A stretch of DNA of 63,691 nucleotides, counting the filler, from Stramenopiles sp. TOSAG23-6 (lineage: Eukaryota): NCBI GenBank assembly GCA_900128565.1. It is 12 parts of 12 records of this genome, joined end to end, with 100 filler letters (N's around TTAATTAATTAA, not from the genome) between each part and the next. Parts side by side here need not be neighbours in the genome. Positions count along the whole stretch, not along the records: positions 22,215 to 29,497 come from LT636581.1; positions 29,598 to 36,877 come from LT636582.1; positions 36,978 to 44,255 come from LT636583.1; 9 more parts are not named here. One strand, given 5' to 3'. This document shows positions 25,178-37,100 of this stretch, piece by piece. The notes beneath the pieces are model-generated. The model had not been told where the DNA came from and did not search any database. It saw nothing but the letters and a program-made list of their open reading frames with translations. A program made the translations under genes and the position numbers. Each line of letters begins with the position of its first letter. Position 1 is the stretch's first letter.

Positions 25178-25630
25178 TTAGTATCCCACATGTTCTTCTT
25201 GCATGACGTCGTCCAAAAGATCTGACACCTCTGTGTAGTCAAAAGCAGTACTGTTTCTTTCAGCGTCAAGAATGTGACTTGGAACATAACCTGAGTTAAT
25301 TTTTGGCATTGGAACACTTCCCGAGAAGTTATTGGCATAAAACCATAAAGCACATGNAAAGAATACAGTGAGGAGTGATCCTTTGTATGAATTCATCTTA
25401 GAAGAATCTTTGTCAAATGATAAGAACTTCTTTGTAGCCTTTGTAAGATCAGACAAAGAAGGAGTCGCAGGCGTAAAGGAAGCTGCTGATTCTGGTTCCG
25501 GTTGTTCTGGTGAACCAACTTGGTCTTCTCGCCAACCCACTGCTTCGAGGCGCTCTTTCATCTCAGCTTTTCGTCCAGTTGCTGAAAGGCCAAGCTTTCT
25601 ACATTCTTTTCTTAGTTCATCACGGAGCAT
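25178..25630 (-). CDS. Small SAP-domain protein with a probable membrane segment
   Basis: ELRKECRKLGLSATGRKAEMKERL is a SAP motif; hydrophobic stretch downstream. Confidence 0.7.
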   Translation of the reverse strand: MLRDELRKECRKLGLSATGRKAEMKERLEAVGWREDQVGSPEQPEPESAASFTPATPSLSDLTKATKKFLSFDKDSSKMNSYKGSLLTVFFXCALWFYANNFSGSVPMPKINSGYVPSHILDAERNSTAFDYTEVSDLLDDVMQEEHVGY

Positions 25631-25950
25631 TTTAAGATTTTTAGGGGCTATATTATAATATTTAGAATGAGTTTTCAATTTTTTTATCGAAGTTTCAAAC
25701 GAAGCAACAAACGACGAGTTCCTCTATTTTCGCGGTCATTTTCGCGCGCGTAAAAAAAAGTAAAAAACATCAAGTTTCGCGCATGATCGACCCGTTTTTG
25801 TGTACCGGTACCGGGTATAAAAAAAATTTATTCAGTCAGTGGCACGAGGTCTTTTTTTTGACCTTTGCTTCTTTCTTCTCGCTCTACGTCGAAGATAGTG
25901 GTACAAAGACTCCGCAAGTAATCAACTTGTTGGATCTTCACATTATCAAT

Positions 25951-28296
25951 ATGCGATTCATTTTATACCCGGTGAAGAGAATCTGTAAGAATAGTCCTCG
26001 TACGTATAGCAGTACTGTTTCTAGACTATTTCGACGAGATGCTGCTCCTGCAAGTTTGTCCAATAACGTTGTAGAAGAGACAATGCAACCTTCGTTGATT
26101 CCGCGCACGTTAGGCAAAGACGACGGACTACCTATATCTATCAGAGACTCTGCATGGTCTTTAAATGTTGGAATGCCTGATAAACCAAGTACAACAACTG
26201 AAATATTGCAACGTATTGAATGGGATTATCGTGGAAATCTTGTCCCTGGTCAGAAGCGTTTTGACACACTTGTTGAGTCTGTGGAGGATGGTACAGATAT
26301 TACCCCTTTAGTTAAAGGTTTTAACTACTTTGTAGACTCTTTCCGAATAGTTCTTTCAAAGAAAGGGAATCTTAAAGGTGGGTCAAAACTTCCATTGAAT
26401 GAAAATCTAGTTGCTAAATTTGTAGATAAATGTGCTACGCATAACATGAGTCACGAAGCAGTGGATGCTCTAGTTCGTTCTTCAAAACTTCGGGGGCTTT
26501 CGTCTCAGATGTCTCAATTTATCCATCCAAATACAATGATTACATTGATTGATGGTCTTGGAACGTCGGATGATGAAACGGCTGAAAAAGTGACTTTGCT
26601 TTATAGATTGATGGACGTACAGCCTAGTAAAGAAAGGACCGAAATGTTATTCCAGCTTGCACGGTACGTTTTTTTTCGTACGAAATTTTGTACCTAAGAA
26701 TTTTCGATTTTTTTTTTCCAAGTATTGTGTCTCTTTTTTATATTTTTCTACGTTTCCGACATTACTTTATTTATTTAATGATAGAGACACACAAATGATG
26801 CTCTGAAATATTCAGAATCGCTTCGCTGAATGCCTTGTGACGTGGTAACAGCGAAACTTGGCTTGAGGACAAATTTTAATTTGATGTGTGTTTGATTTTA
26901 ATTTTTTTTCAATTTATTTTCAATTTTTTTTCATTTTATTTTTCAATTTATTTTTCATTTTATTTTTTTTTTTTTCAATGTTTTTCACTATGCATTGGTT
27001 TAATCCGTCATCAAGATTTTACTTTCTTTTGACTTTCATGCCAATGCAATAATAGAGGTCTTTCTAAGAGCGGATTACTAATTATTTTCCAGCTAGAATT
27101 GTTACAATTTCATTCGATTTTGTAGTATTTTTTTAACAACTCTTCAGTCTGAGCACTTGTATAGGTTTTTCTATACTGAGTGTATTACCACGAGCGAATC
27201 TGCATATACTCATTACAACTCCTATCATACTTTTTGTATTATTGTACCTGAAGATTAATATTGTAGTAGTATAATTTGTTGTTTCAGAAATTTCGTTCTT
27301 ACAAAACTTTCATTTTGTTTTTTTTACAATGTACAATGTACCAAGATATATTTATTTGACTTGAAATTCTATACTTATTTTAGTACAACTGTTTTATAAT
27401 ATCATATATATCGTAGGTATCATGGTAATCTATCAAGAACAAAATCGCTTCTTGGTATCTCAAGTGCTATAATGAAAAGTGAAGCAAATAATCCCAAGAA
27501 AGTTTCTGAATTGGCTGAAATTTTGTTTACTGTAGCAAAAACATTATTACCAAAATCAGTTGATAAAAAAGACAACACAAACAAAGAAGACAAAGAAAAT
27601 GACCAGCAACAAAATGATACTACCTCAAATGATTTGACATACCCAAAATTTTTGAAAAGTATTNAACGATTAAAAAGAATTCCAAAACCAGAAAGTTTAA
27701 AGTTATCAAAACAAATTCAAACATTGGCGAAAGAAAGTCCTGAAAATGAGTTATTTGAAGCTCAAATAAAAATTGCTGAAAAGGCTGAAGCTGAACGTGT
27801 TGCTCAATTCGAGGCAGACGCTGAGAAAAATAATGAAGAAACACAAGAAGAAGAAGTAGATGAGGAAGTAGCTGCCCGTGATGCTAAGCAAAAAACTTTA
27901 GTTGCAAAACGAATCGAACTTGCAAAAATTACAGATAAATATTTCCAAGATTTTTCTGATTCAATGAAAAAAGAAGATGAAGAATTAAAACTTCGTGATG
28001 ATGATCCTCGTTGGATTAAATTAAAAGAAATGTATGGTATTGAAAATCATAGTTTTGTAGTAGATCAAGATGGCCCTAACGATGATGAGTATAATGCTTA
28101 TTTGGAACCAGAAGAAAAATGGCATCGTGGGGATTCAATGTCCCAAACGGAAGGTCCTGCAAAAATCACTCCTTCTCGTGAATTGTGTAAAGGATTTGAC
28201 TATGCAGAGCAAGTTATGAATGGAGAGCATATTCTTGAGGCTATTCAGAAGATGAATGTCCTTCGTGATCAACCAAAGACTGGTAATACTGCTTAA
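25951..28296 (+). CDS. Hypothetical protein, possibly mitochondrial; exons 25951-26663, 27417-28296
   Basis: Arg/Ser-rich presequence-like start; a canonical CG|GT...TAG|G intron joins the two ORFs in frame. Confidence 0.65.
26775..26870 (+). ncRNA. Intronic box C/D snoRNA candidate
   Basis: ATGATG C-like box (26795). The guide TCAGAATCGCT upstream of CTGA (26826-26829) is complementary to the LSU rRNA segment AGCGRTTCTGA as I recall it. Ends uncertain. Confidence 0.6.
26988..27109 (+). ncRNA. Intronic box H/ACA snoRNA candidate
   Basis: Hairpin TGCATTGG/CCAATGCA with pocket TTAATC + TTCATG, H box ATAATA (27049), second hairpin TTCTA/TAGAA, and ACA at 27104. Confidence 0.72.
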
Positions 28297-28520
28297 CATA
28301 TGTATATTATTGATTGCTAATTTTTAGTTTTTTTCTTACATTATCATTAAAAACATAATATTATTATAATATATGCGTAATTTCTTTTATTACAATTTTT
28401 CATTCAGTTTTAATAATATATGCGTAATTTCTTTTATTACAATTTTTCATTCAGTTTTAAGTGGATGAGGAAATAACGACACATTCTGTTTTTTCTTTTC
28501 CTAGACAATATTTTGAAACA

Positions 28521-29497
28521 TTACCTTTTTTTTCTTTTCCTAGAAGACTTTCGAACACTTTTGTTTCTCTTTGATCCTACAGCATTTTTATTATTACTAT
28601 TATTGCTACTGATATTTTCATCATCATTCATTTTCGGTTTAAAAATAATATTTTCTGATAATTGAATGTCCTGGCAGAGTGATGACTGCAATACTATTTC
28701 TTTATCATGGATTACAACACCAATATTACGAATTTTTTTACCAATTGAAGGAGTTTGAATATCAGATGGACAGGATACAATAATAAGACCATCAATTTTC
28801 GTCCTAGGTAAACGACGGAGAAATTTCCCACCACCATTAACAATAATTTTTTCTATACATTTTGGAGGAGGTATAACAGATTTCGTGACATAAAATTGAA
28901 ATCCATGAAATATTCCAATATCACGCGACTGGCGTCGAAGAAGCGAATCTGATAAAGAAAATCCAAATTTTTTTTCAGACTTTTTGTCATGAATTATATG
29001 ATTTTTTTCCGACACGAAAAACCCAGCTTTATCCGACAATTCTAACCATGATGGAAGAACAAAATAAGACACTGAACTCATTGCAGTTAGAAACTTTACT
29101 GTCCGTTTTACATCAACTGAAATCAAATGAGTAGCTTTTGACGCATCATCAACAATTTCACCTTTTAAAGATTTTATCAGTTTTGTGAAATATTTTGGTT
29201 CAATTCCGGTAAATATTATCTTTGGTTTTTCTATACAACTTTTAAGAGATTTCTTTGAGTTTTTGTTTGATTTTGATGACACTACAGAACTTGACTTACT
29301 TGCTCTTTCCAATGAGGATCGAGTTCGCTTTTTTATCGGAGATTTAACAACTACATTTGATGATGATTTTGATCTTTTTCGTTTTGATGATCGTCTAGGT
29401 GGTTTTGCCTCCACTTCAGCTTTTGATTCCAACTTTAATTTCGCCTCTTTTTCTGCTTTTAATTTTGCCTCTTTTTCTGCTTNTAATTTTGCCTCTT
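28521..29497 (-). CDS. Tandem-BRCT protein C-terminus (MDC1/PAXIP1-like), 5'-truncated
   Basis: KIIFTG...ATHLI...KRTVKFLTAMS...V.PSWL..S, then a second BRCT with F.G.QFYVT...II..GGGK. Confidence 0.8.
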
Positions 29498-29598
29498 NNN
29501 NNNNNNNNNNNNNNNNNNNNNNNNNNNNNNNNNNNNNNNNNTTAATTAATTAANNNNNNNNNNNNNNNNNNNNNNNNNNNNNNNNNNNNNNNNNNNNA

Positions 29599-30444
29599 GA
29601 AGAGGAGACAAGACTATCTGCTGTAGTGGAACCATTTGATGATACTGTTGATAAAAATGTACCACCTGTAGTATCAAATAGTAGTAGTAGTGGAAAAAAA
29701 CGGAAATCAAATTCATCATCATCTAATAGTGTAGTGAAACGTCAAAAAATAGAAAATAAAGGTGCACAGAATTTATTTGAACTTGGTTNTGCAAAATTCT
29801 GGGGCTTGGATTTTCAGAAAATTGATGAAGAGACTGGAGAAATAATGATTGGATCTGCAGCTATTGCTGGTTTTCCAATGGCTATTGCATATTGTACATA
29901 TATGGGTTGGAATGGTTATAAAGAGGATAAGAACAAAGCATTTAAAATGTTTATGGATAATAGTGATTATAGTTATGCCCAATTTAAACTTGGTGATTGT
30001 TATTATTGGTTTAATGGTGTTGCTGAAAACAGAGAAGAAGGTTTCAAGTGGTATACTAAATCGGCTAATTCTGGTAATAGTGAAGCACAATCTGAAGTTG
30101 GTGATTGCTATTTTTATGGTTGGGGGGGTGTTGCAAGAGACAAAAACGAAGCTTTCAAGTGGTATACTAAATCTGCAAATGCTGGTAATAGTAAAGCACA
30201 ATACAAGCTTGGGTATTCTTATTATTATGGTCATGGTGTTGCTGAAGACAAAAAAGAAGGTTTCAAGTGGTTTATGAAATCAGCTAATGCTGGGTATAGT
30301 CGAGGACAATTCTATCTTGGTAATTGTTATTTTAATGGTGATGGTGTTGCTGAAGACAAAAAAGAAGCTAAAAAGTGGTTTACAAAATCGGCTAATGCTG
30401 GTGACCTTGATGCACAACAAATGCTTGATAATAATGAATTTTAA
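29599..30444 (+). CDS. Sel1-like repeat protein (5' end probably truncated)
   Basis: Four AQ..LG.CY..G.GVA.DK.E.FKWY.KSA..G repeats. Confidence 0.9.
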   Translation, partial: EEETRLSAVVEPFDDTVDKNVPPVVSNSSSSGKKRKSNSSSSNSVVKRQKIENKGAQNLFELGXAKFWGLDFQKIDEETGEIMIGSAAIAGFPMAIAYCTYMGWNGYKEDKNKAFKMFMDNSDYSYAQFKLGDCYYWFNGVAENREEGFKWYTKSANSGNSEAQSEVGDCYFYGWGGVARDKNEAFKWYTKSANAGNSKAQYKLGYSYYYGHGVAEDKKEGFKWFMKSANAGYSRGQFYLGNCYFNGDGVAEDKKEAKKWFTKSANAGDLDAQQMLDNNEF

Positions 30445-30628
30445 ATATATTTGATGTATCTATATTTTTAGTTTAAAATATTTTGTAATCTAGTTGATAA
30501 ATTATAATGTCAAATGTATCAAACAAATCCTCAATTTTTGTCGTTTTCAGTTTATTTCGGTTTATTTTAGTTTTTTAGTTTTCTTCAAAATAATTTTTAT
30601 CATACATTACACAAAAACACAACTACAC

Positions 30629-32873
30629 TTACAGTAAAGTCCCTCTAATTCTCTCTCCTGCATAGGTTATTAAATCAAAGTAGCTTTCAAAGTATGTATG
30701 CAATGGTTGGTCCTTTATCTTCATCTTTTTCAACAATGATTCCCTTGAAATACTTATTCCAAATGATGTTGGCTCTCCCTTTTCATTAGTCATTGCTAAT
30801 GGTGGTTGCATATCGCTTCCAACGCTTCCAACTAACCAGGAGAANTGATACACTTCTTCATCATTTCTTATGACAATACCATTGTACACATAAAGGCCTG
30901 CAGGTGCAAGATGAAGCTGTTTGTCATTACCATTAACAAGTACACCACCATCAAATATTTGCAAGTCAGATAATTTGTCTCTTCTGATCACCTTTTTACC
31001 TCCTTCAATTACAAACTCTTCCAAGTACTTGTGTAACTTACCATGTTTAGTAATGCCACCATAATATTCAAATACACCCCGTAATTTCAATCCCGTTTCA
31101 TCATGTAAATAACCAATTTCCTTACCCAACAGTGCGTCTTCCTCTGGGTACCGTTTGANCTGCACAAATTGATCTTCTTGCCATGCTATTTCNACATTAT
31201 CTGCAATTACCTGCCCCCATTTTTGTAATCGGTCCTTTCGAGATTTTAAAGCAAATTCAAGTGGTATGAATGCCGGTGCGAGCCACTGACAGTCCTCATG
31301 ATAAGCAAGACAGGCATCACGCTGCTCTTCCAGTGTTGCAATACGTGGGCGTTCGATCAATACTCGAATGTGATTTCTTTCCGCTACCTTTTGACGGAGT
31401 ACTTCAATATCAATACTAACTCCATCAATTGTTAAAATCCGATCTGAAGGTTTTATATCTGGATATGCTTTTTGAAACGTAAAAGGAGAGTGCTTGAACA
31501 GGCCATCAGGACTTCCGTCTTTCAATGTTGGTAGAACCAAAATGTCTGGGCTGAGTAAACCAGGTAAATTAAAAGCAACAATTGTCACGACATGTGTTGA
31601 CGTCTTTAAATTGTCTAGTGCCGACCTATAATTATCTTTACATGTGTACGATTTCCCACTTGGTGGTTCCTTCTGTTGATCGTTTTGCTGAACACAGACA
31701 CTATCATACATCATATCTACGTATTGTAAAAAAATATTTTTTTTTTTTGATTTTTTTTGTTAGGTACGAAATTTCGTACGAAAAAAATTAAAAAAATAAA
31801 TTCGATTTTTTTGTAAAAAAAAAAAAAANATACAAAACTTCGGAAGTGGCCAAGCCTGCATCTAAGTCGAGCTTTCCAGAGTCTGAAATAAACCCATCAG
31901 GATCGGTTACAAATACTGATCTATTCTCTTTATCAAATACATCAAGTAATCGAATGTAGTTCTTGATAGCATCCGATTTGTGTGTCTTCGATTTAATCTT
32001 GAAGGATGCTTCTGCTTCATACCACCCTGTCTCAATTTTTTTCTCTCCCTCCGTACCCCATGTGTCATAAAAAGCTTCAGTCATAGCCCTCTGTTCTTCT
32101 CGTGCCTTGTCGTAGGACACTTTTAATGTATTCATGGTTTCTAATGATTGTTTTGTCCTTTCTCTTGTTTCAATGAAACAACTTTCATCATTGCGATATC
32201 GACGCGAATATAAATCCTGACGCTGAAATTCGTAACCAGGACGAATAGCTGTCATCCACTTTGATACACCCTCACCAAAGGGACGTTCAAATCCAGTTGG
32301 ACCAATATCAGGTTTCTCTTTGGAACTCGGATATAGATGAGCATCGGCATTATACTCATCATCACCAGAACCAAAATCATCATTAAAATCATCATCAATG
32401 TCGCCAAAATCATCATCACCGTCGCCAAAGTCATCACCACCACCATCACGATGGCCCTTTACTTGATCCAGGTCAATTGTATCACCATGATCCTTCCAGT
32501 CAACAAAAGTTTTTTTCAACGGCTGAAAACTCCCATACTGTGCACGATGATAAAAGCCTTCGGGTGCAGGAAACACCTCTTGCATTCCAGCCACATCACA
32601 ACCTGTATCCCTATCTTCCAGATGGCTTTTCCATTGAAAAAGATAAACATCACTTAAATCGCCCAGTATATACCCAGTCTTTTGTCCCCACGCATCAAGT
32701 GGAGGCAATGATGTTAGTGTCTGTGCAATCTCAGCTTCAGGCTCAGGCTCGAGTCCCGCAGATTTTCGTTCAATCCAATATCCGCCATCTGCACGAGATC
32801 CGCCTCGATCGGCAGCAAGTACCATTGTAAATACAGAAAGACCAGTAACAAAAGTAAGCATTTTTGCAAGCAT
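30629..32873 (-). CDS. Putative secreted protein with a PDZ-like segment; intron 31719-31833 (GT-GT)
   Basis: Signal-peptide-like MLAKMLTFVTGLSVFTMVLA, DDDFG repeats and IKPSDRILTIDGVSI. The two ORFs join in frame at the family acceptor position AATACGT|. Confidence 0.6.
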
Positions 32874-33511
32874 TTGTACAGATATTTTTGAGGTGTAATT
32901 TACCACTAAATGAAGCGTTGAAGTGTATTTTATTATATCTATCAAACCACTTGGGTAAAAACTGGTGGTGGTAGCAAATGTTGCGCGCCACGCGCATTCG
33001 AATTATATGTTTAATTTTTTTCACACATTTCGTGTCATTTGAAAAATACACGTAAAGCTTTACATTGAAAATATCATACTATTACTAGTTGTACCAATCA
33101 TTACAATCTTTACAAATACAACACTATTAAAAACATAAAATATGAATAAACTACAATCAATAGTTTTATACAAAAGTAGAGATTTGTACGAAATTTTTTT
33201 TTTTTCATACGAAATTGTATACCTAACAAAAAATATCAAAAACATTTTGAAATTTTTTTTTCTGAAAATGTATAAAAACTTTAAAAACCAAACAAAATCC
33301 TCAATTTGACATTGAAAATTGTAAAAAAAGAATTATCACAAGGAAATTATCAATTCATCAATTGATCAAGTTGAAAACAGTGATATTATATATTATTCTT
33401 ATATATTTATTAAACTATAAAATTTCATTTTATGTTAAAAAAAATATCTCAAGAATTAGGGTTATTTATTAAAAACTATAAAATTTCATTTTATTTTTTT
33501 TAAAAAATATC

Positions 33512-34665
33512 TCAAGAATATTTCAAATGAATTCGTTTAATGCGCCCTGCGATCGACCTCCAATTTGAGATTTCATTTGGTTTTATTTCTTTGTATTTTT
33601 TATACAATTCTTGTAAAGATTGCATTCATTGTGAAAAAATACGAAAGCATACAAAAACAAAAGGGTTAGATACGAAATATTATATTATATATTAGGCTAG
33701 TATATAGTCTATATAGTACAAAAAAAAATTTAAAAATTTGTAAAAAATTCATGATTAGGGTTAGGGTTAACAAACATGTCATTTCGCAAAGGAATGCATT
33801 TTTCAAAAGTTGAATTTTTTATAAATGGTGCCATTTTTGTAATAATATTTTGACGCGTCGTATCCACAACTGATTTCAAATCAGGTTTATTTGAAGATTA
33901 TGTACTATGAAAAAATATGCTCAAAAAAAAAAATCTGAAAATATTTGTTAGGTACAAAATTTCGTACGAAAAAAAAAATTGAAATTAATGATGAAAAAAA
34001 TGTACGTTGTCGTGGACTTCGTTTTCTAGGTGACGTCATTTCCCTTGGAGACATTTTTGATGGAGAATTCACATTTTTTTGTGATAAAAGTTGTTTAATT
34101 CTCTTTCGTATAGGTACACATTTTTCAAAATCAAGATTTGCGATATGACTTTTCATTTGGGCTTCCAATTTTGAAATTTCCTTTTCAATTTCGGATGAAT
34201 TTTGACTTGAGATTCGAACTCTCGGTTTTGGTGGTGGTGGACGTCCACGAGCACTGCTTGGTTTAGGTGGAGGTGGCTTACGTTTGGAAATACCTCGTTT
34301 ACGTGCCGGTGGTACAGGTGGAGGTGCAGGAAGTTGTCGTGTCTGTCGAGTCATTTTTTGTTGACTTCGATTTTGTTCACTTTCAAGCTGAGGAGTTGCA
34401 TCAACAAAAAAACGACCTTTCACACGAAAAGAAGGCAATTCTTGTACAATTTCTTGCAATCGACCTTGGATAGCTAATTCGCATTGAAGACTTGGGTATT
34501 CTATAATATGTTCAATATGAAATATATGCAAGTACTATGTAAATATATATTCAGTAAAAAAAAAGAGTTTAGACGAAAATCAATAGTCATGTATTACGTA
34601 CGTCTAGTATGTCTATTGGTAAAAGGAGGTGGTGGAGGGTATGTTGCAAAAGTAAATCGACTCAT
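33512..34665 (-). CDS. Pro-rich protein with two UVR-like coiled motifs; introns 34501-34601 (GT-AG, no family core), 33900-34005 and 33624-33775 (GT-AT)
   Basis: Repeated FEKC(V/I)P(I/L)R motif; the four exons give a continuous ORF from ATG 34665 to TGA 33512. Confidence 0.65.
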
Positions 34666-35027
34666 TCTTTAACTTTTAATAGTATCTAAGTGAGATATAC
34701 TCTAGAGATAAAAGGATATTTTTGGAAACAAAAACACAATATTATATGATGAAGATGAAGATGAAAGAGAATTTTTTTTAGAAATTTTGGTTTTTTTTTG
34801 CGTTTGAAATTCAATAATTGGATTTAAGAATATTGGATTAGGGTTAGGGTTTAAAAAACGAAGAGAGCGGTTAAAAGAGGTTAAAGTTTTATTTCCGTTT
34901 CGTACTCCTTGGTTGAATCGGACTGATGCTACCATACCCTTTTAAAATACAAGAGTTTGATATAAAATTGATCAAAGCATTGCTTCATTTCATAACCCAC
35001 ACACAAGGATCATAAAGTNTACTTTCG

Positions 35028-35444
35028 ATGAATCATAAAAACGTTATTCTATTTATTCTTGCCTCGATATCTACCAGAGCATTTGGAATAAAATGCTACG
35101 AATATGGCTATGATGGTGACTTTGACGGCGTAACGACTGAAGTAAAACTTCCTGAAAACCCAGAAAATTGCACACCCTTCAATAATCAATCGGATATACC
35201 CTGTAAAAGAGATTGCAGTGATAAAAATTCCAAAGAATGTTTTGCCACTACGACTCTACAGGGTCAAAAATCAGGAGGTTGTCGTGATGCTGGAAACCCT
35301 ATTGCTAATGCCATGCAACAAATCTGCAAAAGTGATTTTTGTAATATTACTCCTGATGCAAAGCCGCCAGGATCTTCAACCTCAATTAAACCAGTCACAG
35401 CAATGGTATCAACTGTGGTGTTTTTCATCGTAACAATGGTATAA
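35028..35444 (+). CDS. Small Cys-rich secreted, probably GPI-anchored surface protein
   Basis: Signal peptide, 8 Cys (IKCY...C..DFCN, Ly6/three-finger-like spacing) and a hydrophobic C-terminal tail. Confidence 0.7.
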   Translation: MNHKNVILFILASISTRAFGIKCYEYGYDGDFDGVTTEVKLPENPENCTPFNNQSDIPCKRDCSDKNSKECFATTTLQGQKSGGCRDAGNPIANAMQQICKSDFCNITPDAKPPGSSTSIKPVTAMVSTVVFFIVTMV

Positions 35445-35597
35445 ACAAAGAAATTTTAGAGACCGATAAGTATCATATAAAGACATTTTATGATCCCATC
35501 CCGTTTTTATTTTTCAAATATAAAAAAATGATTAAAATATTTGTACTTCCATCATCAACATAATAAATCTTTGACTAGTGCTAAATAGTTAATGTGA

Positions 35598-36764
35598 TTA
35601 TACTGAATCTCCTCCTTCGCTTGGCCCTCTAATTACTGGAACTTCTCCAAGATCTAAATGATCATTTGATTTCTGAGAATCCCGTGTTAATTTTGAGATT
35701 TGTTTTTGTCCCATAATTGTTGGAGATTCATCAAATGTAATGTAGGAAATATTAAAACATTTTTTTGTTAGATACACTCTTTGTAGTCCATGTAATTATT
35801 AGTATTTTTAAACAAAAAACAACGAGACATTCAAATTTTAGATTCATAGTGCACTTGGAAACATACATTCGTCATCACTTGGTGGAAATTCGCCTTCCAT
35901 ATAATCGTCATTATTAAAATCCATTGCAGAGACAGGATTTCGTTCACCAATACCAGAATATGCAACATATTCGTTCCTGTTGAAAAAGTACTTTACCTTA
36001 TCTGAAACTGTTTGAATTCCATGTATTTTAGAAAATATTTCATTTTTATTTTGGTTAGTACGAAATTTTCATTGTAAAAAAACGAAAAAAGTTTTTTTTT
36101 TGAGAAACGTACATTATATACTTGATCCTTCCCATGATGAAAGACTTTTGCAATAGGATTTGTATGACTTGCATATTTCCCATTTGACTCATCACATTCT
36201 CGTATAAAGGATGGATTTGAAGAAAATTTCGATTTTCTTCCACCAAAACCTCCAAAACTTCCAAAACCAGAAGTAGTATATGGTGAATTTCCTTTTTTAT
36301 GAAAGCATAATCCATATATAATTCCACATAAAAGAAGAATTACAATCCATCCACCATGACTTAGAGAATTATGCCAATTTGGACAATCTTTTATAATACG
36401 CCGTTGATCAAGTCCATCTACACAACTGTTACCAGCTACAAGGCGATATCCTTTGGAAATGGCATATGTCCCAACGCAATTTTTTGGTGGTCCAGTGTAT
36501 TGTGAAAAAATATTTCAAAAATTTCAAATGTTTTAGTTAGGTACAACATTTCGTACGAAAAAAAAATTTAGACAAAAAATTGAAAAAAAATAAAACATAT
36601 TTGGACACTTGTTTCTCTTCTTTTTTTTTCTTATCCATATCTTTTGCACTAGAAAAGAATGATGATTTTGATTCTTCAAGTGTGCATTTCCCACCGTTAA
36701 TATCACGAGTATACCCGGTATCACACTCATAATCTAAATCAACACATTTACAATTGGTAACTTC
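35598..36764 (-). CDS. VPS10/sortilin C-terminal part; introns 36495-36600 (AT-AC), 36021-36112 and 35735-35866 (GT-AT)
   Basis: Spliced translation gives NCKCVDLDYECDTGYTR...GYRLVAGNSCVDG (10CC module), a TM helix and an acidic cytosolic tail. Not visible in the ORF track. Confidence 0.82.
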
Positions 36765-36835
36765 ATGTATTTTGGGAAAATATTTTTTTTTCTAAAAACA
36801 ATTTGTTAGGTATGAATTGTTTTTGTTTAGTGTCC

Positions 36836-36868
<33 letters not shown>

Positions 36869-37100
36869 TTAAATTTTNNNNNNNNNNNNNNNNNNNNNNN
36901 NNNNNNNNNNNNNNNNNNNNNTTAATTAATTAANNNNNNNNNNNNNNNNNNNNNNNNNNNNNNNNNNNNNNNNNNNNAAAAATAATGAAAATTCAAAGAA
37001 TAATGGAACATTTGTTTATCCTACCGATTTTGAAACGTTCCATGTAACCCCAAGTGAGATCAATTCTGCTTGTAGAAAAACTGATTCAGATTCTTTCGTA

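Noticed and set aside
26817-26885. ATCGCTTC / ATGCCTT resembling U2 or U12 snRNA 5' ends
   Set aside because: No branch-pairing GTAGTA or GTAAGGA follows; a C/D snoRNA explains the segment better.
28367-28460. About 47-bp direct duplication in a 3' spacer; also small coding duplications near 23160, 24580, 39515 and 58640
   Set aside because: Ordinary local slippage duplications with no further structure.
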